Assembly: GCA_049322315.1 (NCBI GenBank)
Contig: JBMORF010000037.1
Span: forward strand, 3,864-67,863
DNA length: 64,000 nt
From: Thermodesulfobacteriota bacterium
GTDB taxonomy: Bacteria > Desulfobacterota > Desulfobaccia > Desulfobaccales > 0-14-0-80-60-11
Reading direction: 5' to 3'
Part shown: piece by piece, positions 8,580 to 16,502 of the stretch
How the letters are laid out: each line of letters opens with the position of its first letter
How positions within the stretch are numbered: the stretch's first letter is position 1
Translations under genes and position numbers: made by a program
Notes under the pieces: model-generated
The model's input: only the letters and a program-made list of their open reading frames with translations
Told to the model about the DNA's origin: nothing
Database searches by the model: none

Positions 8580-10356
8580 CCTAAATTGAGCGATTTAAAA
8601 CTGTGTAGTGAAAATTCAGTACTTTGATGTATCCAACAAGATCATTTTTGGGTTGAAAGCCCTCGAAAATGCCCTTTTGAGGTTAAGACACAGTCGTTAG
8701 CGAATCACCAGGGAGACCCCCTGATGAAAATTGCCAAAATTTCCCAATGATCAACGCATACTTCAGCATTGGCTTTTGCCATGAGCACCGGACCCAGGAT
8801 AAAAATGCCCGGCTGGTTTAACTTCCCAAGGCCCTTAGGCCCAAGCAAACTGGGGCGGAGCGTTGCTCCGGGCCCACAAGGCGGCAAACTGCAGCTGCTC
8901 CATGGCAGAGGCGGCCACCTTAAGGATGATTTTGCCGGCATGCCGGACAACCTTGGCCGCCACGTCAATGAGCCGGCGCCGCAGGGTGGTGGCATAGGCC
9001 TCCACGGGAATCACTTCCCTGCAGACATCTTCCTTGAAGCACTCAAAGAGGAAAAAGGCCACCACCATAGTGTAATAGAGGGCCGCATTGGGCGAAAACC
9101 GCAGAAACGGCAGCTCTTCAAAGCCGAAGTCCTTCAAGCCGCGATGCACCAGTTCATCCGCCCCGCGACTATGGTAGCTGGCGATGATGCCCTCCGGTTC
9201 CAGATAATGCTCCCGTCCCGCCGCGTCCAGGCGTTGATCAATGGCCTGTCCCATCCCCAAGTTGGTATAGAAGATGGACAGCGGCCGCACATAATCCAGC
9301 AGCCGTTGCCGGCCTTCGGTCACCGGCCGGCACAGAAAGGCCCGGCGAAACGTCTGCCAAGTTCCCCGGCGGTCACCCAGTTCCAGGTAATCCCAGACCT
9401 GCTGCCGGTTCCGGTAGTGCTGCCACTGGCCGGTCTCCGCCTGCTCCGCCAGGGCCTTGAGTTCTTCATAGATGCGGCCGCCACAGATATAGCCGATCTG
9501 CAACTTTTCAAAGCCCTGAAACAGCTCCTGGTCAAAAAAACCGGCGTCCAGCCGCATGATGATGGGCACTGCCTCGCCGTAGTGTTTGCGGATGAACTTG
9601 ACGATATGCTCGACCATCTTGAGGGCGGTGTCCCCGTCGTTGCTGTGTTTGCTGCCGCCCCGGAAAACGGCGTCGATAATCAGGCCTTCCCAGGTCAACT
9701 GCAGGGGTTGAAAGCCCTTCACCTTTTTATACGTAGGCTCCACCCCATGGCGCTTTCGGGCCTCATCATTATCCATCACCATGGTGTCCATGCCCAGGAC
9801 CACCTCTTTGGGCTGCCGAATTTTGAGCCGCCACAAGAACAGATGCTGCAGCAAGTAACGAAACAACCAGATGCGGACCCAGGAGAAGGCGCCAAAAAAT
9901 CTTTTCACGGCATGAGAAGAGAGCATGTGTTCAGGGGCCGTCTCAATGGCGGCCGCATAGCCCTCGTCTTTTTTCAGGGCATCAAAGTAGACCAGATGAC
10001 GGCTGGTGCCATCCAACAAAAAGCAGAACACCTGCTTGAAGATCTCGGAAACCGGCTGCCCCTTGGCGTTTTTGCGTATGGAGCCGAACAAACGTTCCAA
10101 GACCGGATAAATGGCTATGTTGCGCAGATACCTCACAAAGAGTGTCAGCCCGCCTCTGGAGGTCAAGGTGTCAGAGGTTGCTTCAACCCCATCAATAACG
10201 TGGGCATTTTTATTTCTACCAATCATGGTAACGCTTGTGACAACCTCTCACCTATTGGGTGTGCCTGAGCAAAAAGAGTATGTTAATATACTCTATAATA
10301 TCAATAGGTTATCGTATTATCGTGTAATGTGCAAGTAATAAATCGCTCACTTTAGG
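8580..10356 (-). mobile_element. IS1380-family insertion sequence with 18-bp imperfect terminal inverted repeats and a 5-bp target-site duplication
   Basis: Left end 8580-8597 is CCTAAATTGAGCGATTTA. The reverse complement of 10339-10356 is CCTAAAGTGAGCGATTTA (17/18). Flanking TGGTA at 8575-8579 and 10357-10361. One transposase ORF inside. Confidence 0.85.
8835..10226 (-). CDS. IS1380-family DDE transposase
   Basis: 463-aa ORF. N-terminal TLTSRGGLTLFVRYL and overall layout are typical of IS1380 transposases. The 499-aa antisense ORF is a shadow. Confidence 0.85.
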   Translation of the reverse strand: MIGRNKNAHVIDGVEATSDTLTSRGGLTLFVRYLRNIAIYPVLERLFGSIRKNAKGQPVSEIFKQVFCFLLDGTSRHLVYFDALKKDEGYAAAIETAPEHMLSSHAVKRFFGAFSWVRIWLFRYLLQHLFLWRLKIRQPKEVVLGMDTMVMDNDEARKRHGVEPTYKKVKGFQPLQLTWEGLIIDAVFRGGSKHSNDGDTALKMVEHIVKFIRKHYGEAVPIIMRLDAGFFDQELFQGFEKLQIGYICGGRIYEELKALAEQAETGQWQHYRNRQQVWDYLELGDRRGTWQTFRRAFLCRPVTEGRQRLLDYVRPLSIFYTNLGMGQAIDQRLDAAGREHYLEPEGIIASYHSRGADELVHRGLKDFGFEELPFLRFSPNAALYYTMVVAFFLFECFKEDVCREVIPVEAYATTLRRRLIDVAAKVVRHAGKIILKVAASAMEQLQFAALWARSNAPPQFAWA

Positions 10357-10440
10357 TGGTAGTTAATGACCGCACCCGGGCCGCGGTTCGGGCTCTGCGC
10401 CATAAGATGATCTAATCTCCTGATATGTCCTACTGGCATT

Positions 10441-10518
10441 TCCCTGCGCCCCAAAAAAAAGAGGCCCTCCCCCAAATGGGGGGTTCTTTTTTCAAGTATT
10501 GAGATTATCCTCAGTATC
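10441..10518 (+). repeat. About 77-bp repeat, copy C (A-tract, CCCCC-AAAT-GGGGG hairpin, T-tract, conserved box GAGATTATCCTCAGTATC)
   Basis: Inverted copy of 6469-6545. It has the same orientation relative to its downstream gene (the TonB receptor). Confidence 0.7.
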
Positions 10519-10656
10519 TACTCAGCTAAGGAGGCTATTAAGGATGTAATGCGACAGATGCCAAAAAGTAATCGAATCGGGAGAAGAAAAGACCGTCAAT
10601 AAGGGGATGAACCCCTTACCGCTGCGGTAGGATCGAAATAGCCACTAAGAAATTAA

Positions 10657-10703
10657 GCCACGAAGGCGACCCACCTGCGGTGGGGTCTCTGTGGCTTTTT
10701 TTT
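10657..10703 (+). terminator. Intrinsic terminator/attenuator in the leader of the TonB-receptor operon
   Basis: GCCAC-GAAGGC-GACCCACC-TGCG-GGTGGGGTC-TCT-GTGGC followed by TTTTTTTT. About 175 nt upstream of ATG 10878. Confidence 0.6.
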
Positions 10704-10877
10704 GCGGATCTAAAGCGTAGTTGGCGAGAAGAGAGGCCGACTCCCTCTGCCAGGAAGAAAGCCGCCCTCTCCAGGACCGGATCGTCAGGACAACCACGGC
10801 CCCGCCTCCTTTTCTACCAGAGGTGGGGCTGATTGTCAAAGATTGAGCCTTGCCCCTGACAGGAAAGGAGAAAACAG

Positions 10878-13067
10878 ATGTGTGGAAAAACGTGTTTAAG
10901 GTATCTTGTCCTCTTTGGTTTATGTTTCGCTCTCCAGACCGGGATGGCCTCCGGCGAGAACCTGGTCGCGGAAGGGCTGCCCCCGGAGCAGACGGAAGGT
11001 ACAAAAACGGAAGGCGCCAAAGAAGAAAAAGCGGATAAGAAAGCGGAAAAGGTAGAGCAGATACCGGAGATCGAAGTGAAGGCCTTTGCCGAAAAAGCGG
11101 CCACCAGCACGGTGGTCACCAAAGAGGACATCAGCCTCGGGCCTTATCAGAACATTCCGGGTTATCTGGAAGAGCAGTCTGGTCTGGACATGACGCGCCG
11201 GTCCCTACTAGGAGTGAAGTCCAGTCAGATGCGGTTGCGGGGCTTCGATGAATCCCGCTACCAAATCTATCTCAACGGCCGCACATGGAAGGGCGCCGGC
11301 GTGAAAGGCGGCTATTTCGTGGATTGGACCACCATCACCCCCGACGACCTGGAACGCCTGGAAATCATCCGCGGTCCCTTATCAGCGGAATACGGCAACA
11401 CCTTGGGTGGGGTGATTGTTATTAACACCCAACAGGGAAGCAAGGAGCCTAAGCTTTCTGCTGACACCTATTGGGGCAGTTGGGAGACGCAAAACTACCG
11501 GTTGCTGCACACGGGGGGCTTTGGGCCGGTGCAGTATGCCGTGAGCGGCAATTTCGCCAATAGCGAAGGGTACCTTCGGAATAATTTTGTGCATAATCGC
11601 GGCAATTTTAACGCCACTCTCACTTACACCGCCCCTTGGGGTACCAGCCTCACCGGCGCGTATCGCTATATCACCCAGGACACTGGCATGATTGTCTATA
11701 ACCGCCCGGGCTCCCCCTTTTATAACCCCAGTGAGCCCATCAGTGACGCCGACCCCCTCTATGGCCCGGCCATTAACTTTATCGGCGGCACCACCGGTGG
11801 CGTCAATGGGTTGACCTTCGGCAACAAGAGCCATGTCTTAAACCAGCGTTATGAGCTGGATTTGGAAGCCAAGCAAAAATTCTTATACGGGGAGGCGCAA
11901 GCCCACCTCTTCTACTTCCAGGCGGTTCGGGAGGAATGGTTTTATGCAATGAATAACCCGAACCTGCTGATTGCCAATCGGGGGGTCTGGGACGAGGACA
12001 CCTGGGGCTGGAACTTCAAGGTGCGCCAGAACCCTGGGCCGGTGCGCCTGGGCTTCGGTCTGGAAGGGAATTATTTGGGTTTCGGCCCGATCTCTTATAA
12101 TTATCTCGATCCCAACTATGTGAGAAAGCCTTTCCCTTCCAACATCTACGGGATAAAAAACGCTCAAAAGATCCACGGCGGTTTCGTCGATGCGGCCCTG
12201 CCCTTTGCAAAACACTTCGAACTCTATTTGGGCTTGCGTTATGACAACTATGACGCCGCAAAGCCCATCAACTTCAACCAGGGCCTCAGGGCCGATGCCC
12301 TCAGCCCCAAAAGCACCCTGACCATCCGGCCCACCGAAACCACCACCTTCTATCTCTCGGCCAACTACAACACCCGCTTCCCCACCCTGCCGGAATATTA
12401 CTGGTTCGCCGCCGGTTACCAACCCTCAGGCCGGACTGCCAATTCCGTCCTGCTTCCGGAGTTCGGCATGCAGTACGAGGCTGGAGTCACCCAAAAGCTT
12501 CCCCTGAATTCCCTCCTGCGGGTGCGGGGCTATTATTACGACATTAATGATTATATCCGGAGAGTTACTGGCTTTAGTCGTGGCGGGGTAGTTTACAACA
12601 TTAACCTGGCCACTTTCCGGGGCCTGGAGGTGGAGGGCGAAATCGGTTTGCCCTATAACCTGGCCGCTTTTGCCAATTATACCTGGCAACAGACCAGCAC
12701 CAGTCCGGACCCCTTGAACGGGGATGTCCGTGATCTCCCCGAACTGCCCGAACACAAAGCCAATATTGGCTTGAAATATAAATCGCCCAACGGCGCCGAG
12801 GGTAGGGTTTACGTTCGCCTGGTCTCCCAACGGGCCACTCCCCAGGTCACAGTGACTAATAATCAGGTGACTGGGTTATTGCTCCGGCCTATGAACGGCT
12901 TTTGCACGGTTAATCTGGAAGGCCGCTATCCCGTGGCCAACTTCGATATGATGAAAGGCTATCTCTATTTCGGCGTGGAAAACTTGTTCAGTGAGCAATA
13001 TCAAGAGGACGCTGGCTATCCCATGGCCACCGCTACTTTATACGGCGGGGTGCAACTGCGCTATTAA
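10878..13067 (+). CDS. TonB-dependent outer-membrane receptor
   Basis: 729 aa. Signal peptide. Plug motifs (RGFDESRYQIYLNG, LERLEIIRGPLSAEYGNTLGGVIVINT). Long beta-barrel with terminal aromatic residue (GVQLRY). RBS AAAGGAGAAAACAG precedes the ATG. Confidence 0.9.
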   Translation: MCGKTCLRYLVLFGLCFALQTGMASGENLVAEGLPPEQTEGTKTEGAKEEKADKKAEKVEQIPEIEVKAFAEKAATSTVVTKEDISLGPYQNIPGYLEEQSGLDMTRRSLLGVKSSQMRLRGFDESRYQIYLNGRTWKGAGVKGGYFVDWTTITPDDLERLEIIRGPLSAEYGNTLGGVIVINTQQGSKEPKLSADTYWGSWETQNYRLLHTGGFGPVQYAVSGNFANSEGYLRNNFVHNRGNFNATLTYTAPWGTSLTGAYRYITQDTGMIVYNRPGSPFYNPSEPISDADPLYGPAINFIGGTTGGVNGLTFGNKSHVLNQRYELDLEAKQKFLYGEAQAHLFYFQAVREEWFYAMNNPNLLIANRGVWDEDTWGWNFKVRQNPGPVRLGFGLEGNYLGFGPISYNYLDPNYVRKPFPSNIYGIKNAQKIHGGFVDAALPFAKHFELYLGLRYDNYDAAKPINFNQGLRADALSPKSTLTIRPTETTTFYLSANYNTRFPTLPEYYWFAAGYQPSGRTANSVLLPEFGMQYEAGVTQKLPLNSLLRVRGYYYDINDYIRRVTGFSRGGVVYNINLATFRGLEVEGEIGLPYNLAAFANYTWQQTSTSPDPLNGDVRDLPELPEHKANIGLKYKSPNGAEGRVYVRLVSQRATPQVTVTNNQVTGLLLRPMNGFCTVNLEGRYPVANFDMMKGYLYFGVENLFSEQYQEDAGYPMATATLYGGVQLRY

Positions 13068-13118
13068 ATTCGGTCATCATCTACTAACGTTTAATCCGAA
13101 TTCAAGAAAGGATTGGAA

Positions 13119-14057
13119 ATGATCAAGTCAAGAATGGTATGGCTGGTCCTGGTAATGGGTTTAACCTTCATCTTCGGTATGGCTCCTGGCGTCGACGCAC
13201 AGCCGCATCACGGAAAGTTTTATCTCGTCGGCACCGGTCCGGCAGGGCCGGAATACGCCACCTTAAAGGCCATTAAGACCATCAAGAAAGCTGACCTGGT
13301 TCTTTGCGATAAGCGCATGGAGGAGATGTTCCAGACCTATTTGAAGGGGAAAAAGGTGGAGGACCCCTGGAAGGAACTATGGCACCACCAGGGAAAGATG
13401 TGGATAGAAGTCTTGCCCCGCCTTCAGCCGGAGGAAGGACGTGCCCTGGTGAAGGAAAAGATGCGGCAACGGGATAAGTTTGTCCAGAGGATCAAGGGCC
13501 TTCTGGCCCAGGGGAAGAAGGTGGTCCTCCTGGACGGTGGAGATCCCACCATCTACAGCCGGTCTTACTGGCTCCTGGAAGGACTGGATGATGATCAGGT
13601 GGAGATTGTCCCCGGGGTAGGGGCCTTGTCCGCCTCCATGGCCGCGCTGAAACGGCACAGCACCAGCAGCGGCACCCGCTTCCTGGCCCAGACCTCAGGA
13701 TACTCTTTCTTCGGTAAAACCGATCGAGATGACTTAGCCCGGGATCTTTCCCACCTGCCCGGCACCTTGGTGGTTTACATGGGTCTCAGGGATGCGAAAA
13801 AATTGGTTAAATCATTAAAAAAATTTAATCCTGGGGACCTACCTGTGGCGGTGGTTTATTTTGCCGGCTATCGGGATAAGGAAAAGATAGTCAAGGGAAA
13901 TTTAAACAATATCCTAGAAAAAATCGACCCGGAAAAAGAGAAATTCATGGGTCTGATTATTGTGGGCCGATGTCTGGATGGCCCTCGTTTTCCCATGCAG
14001 GAGCTGAACCAGCTGATTCAGCCAACCCGGGCAGAGCCCGTCAAGGACCGACAATAA
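13119..14057 (+). CDS. Tetrapyrrole (corrin/porphyrin) methylase-fold protein with an N-terminal Sec-type signal peptide
   Basis: MIKSRMVWLVLVMGLTFIFGMAPGVDA-Q, then YLVGTGPAGPEYATLKA, VVLLDGGDPTIYS and IVPGVGALSASMAAL (TP_methylase, PF00590-like motifs). Follows the receptor by about 50 nt. Confidence 0.75.
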   Translation: MIKSRMVWLVLVMGLTFIFGMAPGVDAQPHHGKFYLVGTGPAGPEYATLKAIKTIKKADLVLCDKRMEEMFQTYLKGKKVEDPWKELWHHQGKMWIEVLPRLQPEEGRALVKEKMRQRDKFVQRIKGLLAQGKKVVLLDGGDPTIYSRSYWLLEGLDDDQVEIVPGVGALSASMAALKRHSTSSGTRFLAQTSGYSFFGKTDRDDLARDLSHLPGTLVVYMGLRDAKKLVKSLKKFNPGDLPVAVVYFAGYRDKEKIVKGNLNNILEKIDPEKEKFMGLIIVGRCLDGPRFPMQELNQLIQPTRAEPVKDRQ

Positions 14058-14444
14058 AAAGACACCCTGAAGGTCTGAAAGACTTTTATGGAGAAAAGAA
14101 TGCTGAAGAAATTGTTCTCGTTTTTTGCAGTGGTCATGCCCCTTTTTTGTACCGTTCCCCGGGCTGAGGCCTATGTCCCTTGGTCCCCTTGTGGGCAGGA
14201 GCAACCCCTAGGTGTGAGAGCCCCTCCAGCAGCCGGTCCGGATTTCCACATATTTGCCGGCATATGCGAAGCTGCCGAAAACTGAGCAACCCATAAAAAA
14301 AGGAGCCCCACCGTTTTGAGGAGATCGGCATTGCTGAAGGCGTCGTGGTAAGCCTCCTTCAGATTCACCAAAGGGCAACAGGCCTGGGACCAAAACCATC
14401 TGGCACCGCTCTTTCTTTTCCATGAAGCCTCCTTCGAGCCGCCA

Positions 14445-14981
14445 TTAAACTCGCAGGATACCGGTCACCTTTTCGGCAATCTCCTGCAAATCATGGTCGT
14501 TGGGCCGCCCCTGAATGTTCCCCAGGCGACCAGTGGCGGAAAGATGTTGGAGATTGCCGCCCAGGAATTCACCGGGCACATACCATTCATCGATGATTTC
14601 ATAACCGAGATGGTCAAAGAGTTGTCCCATATACTTAACCGCAGGCACAGCTTCATTGGCGCCCGTATGGCCACCGCCAAAGGTGCAATAGATCACGGCC
14701 TTTTTCCCCGGACGCCGGGGCGCGGCTGGTTTAATTTCACCGTCGCGGGCGTATTTTTCCCGCAGCTTGCTGATGAGCTCCAGCATGGGCTTCCCCGGCA
14801 GCCAGGAATAGACTCCCGAGCCCATAAAAATCAGATCATGCGCGAGGATATCCGGTTCCACCTTTTTGGTAACTTGCACCGTTTCCACTTCATGATCGAG
14901 TTGCAGCAAGGTTTTTTCAATCTGTGCCGCCACCTTCCGGGTGTTCCCCGTAGCCGAAAAATAGAGATGCAGAATTTTCAT
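14445..14981 (-). CDS. Flavodoxin-like protein (paralog 2)
   Basis: MKILHLYFSATGNTRKVAAQI... Collinear with the 4698..5234 product. Confidence 0.85.
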   Translation of the reverse strand: MKILHLYFSATGNTRKVAAQIEKTLLQLDHEVETVQVTKKVEPDILAHDLIFMGSGVYSWLPGKPMLELISKLREKYARDGEIKPAAPRRPGKKAVIYCTFGGGHTGANEAVPAVKYMGQLFDHLGYEIIDEWYVPGEFLGGNLQHLSATGRLGNIQGRPNDHDLQEIAEKVTGILRV

Positions 14982-15075
14982 GAGCCCCTCACACCTTGAA
15001 AAGTTTGTTGAGTAGCCAGGGGCCTCCTCGGCCTCTGAACTGAGATAGAGGGTAGGCTGCCGGCAGAAAAAGGAG

Positions 15076-15091
15076 TATGATTTGCATCATA
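15076..15091. promoter_or_regulatory. Candidate CRP/FNR-type box TATGAT-TTGC-ATCATA
   Basis: Perfect 6+4+6 palindrome containing the TGAT-N4-ATCA core. It lies in the divergent region between flavodoxin 2 and the Crp/Fnr gene. Confidence 0.4.
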
Positions 15092-15125
15092 CGCAGGCAT
15101 TTTTTTTCAAAGGAGAACGAATACT

Positions 15126-15782
15126 TTGGGGGTGGCAGGGATATTGGAGGCAATCTTTGCCCAGCTGGCACCGGAGCATCGCCAGAAACTAACAGAAATC
15201 TCCTTGGAAGTTTCCCTGGAAAAAGGGGCGCAGCTTTTTGCCCCAGGAGATCCTGTCCGGGGATTTTATATTGTCCGTGAAGGGGGCATCCGGATTTACG
15301 GGATGTCTTCCCAGGGCAAAGAGATCACCCAGGGGATCGCCGGTCCGCTAAGTGCCTTCGCCCTGGCCAGTCCCTTTTCCGAGACCTATCAAAACTTCGC
15401 CGCGGCCCTGAAAGATAGTCGGCTCTATCTCGTCAAAAAAAAGGAATTTTTGGACTTGGTAGCTGATGATCCCGGCTTCGCAAGCGCCTGGATATGCCTG
15501 CTTTCCAAGATGGTTATGCATCTGCACCGGCGCTTGGTCGATCTGACTCTCAAAAACCCCAAAGCAAGAATTGCCAGCTACCTCTTGCTCCTGGCCGAAT
15601 TGCAAAATTCTCAATCCTTCCCGCTCCCAGTGCCACGCAAAGAGTTGGCAACCTTCCTGGGCATGACCCACGAGACTTTCTACCGGAGCGCCAAGGAATT
15701 GAAAAATGAAGGTCTGCTCCGGTTTACTGGCCAAAAGGTCGATATCCTTGATCTGGATTTACTGGTGGAAATAACCGAATAA
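15126..15782 (+). CDS. Crp/Fnr-family transcriptional regulator
   Basis: cNMP-binding-like N-terminal half and C-terminal HTH RKELATFLGMTHETFYRSAKELKNEGLL. Non-ATG start (TTG/GTG at 15126-15134). Confidence 0.85.
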   Translation: MGVAGILEAIFAQLAPEHRQKLTEISLEVSLEKGAQLFAPGDPVRGFYIVREGGIRIYGMSSQGKEITQGIAGPLSAFALASPFSETYQNFAAALKDSRLYLVKKKEFLDLVADDPGFASAWICLLSKMVMHLHRRLVDLTLKNPKARIASYLLLLAELQNSQSFPLPVPRKELATFLGMTHETFYRSAKELKNEGLLRFTGQKVDILDLDLLVEITE

Positions 15783-15882
15783 ACTTGTCATAAGGTCGGG
15801 CTGGGGAAATTGCGGCCCTAACCTGCCCTGCAGATGGACAACGAGCAAGCAATTGCTGCTATCTGTGAGTAACAGGTTTTCA

Positions 15883-16130
15883 TCATGGATAAGACCCCAG
15901 CAGCTCATTGGCCTTATCCACTGCCACTTGGCCTTTTTTGATCTCTCCGATCAGTTCTTCCCGGTATTTGGCTTCCTTGGCGGTGTCTTCCAGGGAGAAC
16001 CAAACGCCGGGCTTGCCGGTTTGGGGATGATTCAGGGGCTCGGTCTTTAAGATCGGAGCAGGGGGAATTTCCGGCCGGGGGAGGTTAATCTTTATCCCCT
16101 GGCTGCACCCCGCGGTTAAAATAAGCAGAC
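15883..16130 (-). pseudogene. 5'-truncated, diverged second copy of the phage o-spanin lipoprotein gene
   Basis: Aligns with 20666-20914 (product ...CLLILTAGCSQGIKINLPRPEIPPAPILKTEPLNHPQTGKPGVWFSLED... versus the 93-aa full copy). Homology stops at about 16130, so the native signal-peptide N-terminus and the i-spanin partner are missing. Confidence 0.65.
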
Positions 16131-16502
16131 AAGTCCATGAAAATACCAAATTTCTCTGAAAAATCCTTATAGTCGTGAATAGGCAGAATTTGGCCTCTCA
16201 CCGATGAAAGTCACTCGAATTGTCACGCGAAAAGCATGGGCAGACGCGTTGGAGAAACGAGAATGTGGCTGGATATCTACTATCTGCTCTGCTCCGTAAC
16301 TTATCAGGGTTCTGAAAACTTTCAATAACCAGACGATACCTTCAATTGTCCCCTCTCCGCAGATAAGTTTCCCAGGTGGCAAGAAATGCGCTATCAATTT
16401 ATTTAATGAAAATTATCAAATCTCCCTCAAGCGACCAAAATCTGCTCTTTTAATTTTGAATAACATAGAGAACTAATGGTAAAATTTTCTTAGGGAACCT
16501 TT

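Noticed and set aside
8769-10268. 499-aa plus-strand ORF covering the whole IS1380 element
   Set aside because: It is exactly antisense to a well-supported transposase. Its composition is low-complexity and Gly/Pro/Ala/Arg-rich, typical of shadow ORFs in GC-rich coding DNA.
10540-10700. Possible cobalamin riboswitch in the TonB-receptor leader (GCCACT string, GCTGCGGTAGG)
   Set aside because: I could not find the conserved GGTG...GAATCC / AA-GGGAA core or a convincing B12 box by eye. I kept it only as an unclassified structured leader with a terminator. It needs cmscan.
14088-14423. Mutually overlapping small ORFs: plus 14088-14285 with a signal-peptide-like start, and minus 14208-14423 and 14171-14371, one with a strong AGGAGG
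   Set aside because: They exclude one another, and none has a recognisable family or convincing composition. I cannot decide from sequence alone.
16167-16397. 76-aa minus-strand ORF between the spanin remnant and the NACHT gene
   Set aside because: No RBS, odd composition, and it lies in what looks like the AT-rich promoter region of the NACHT gene.
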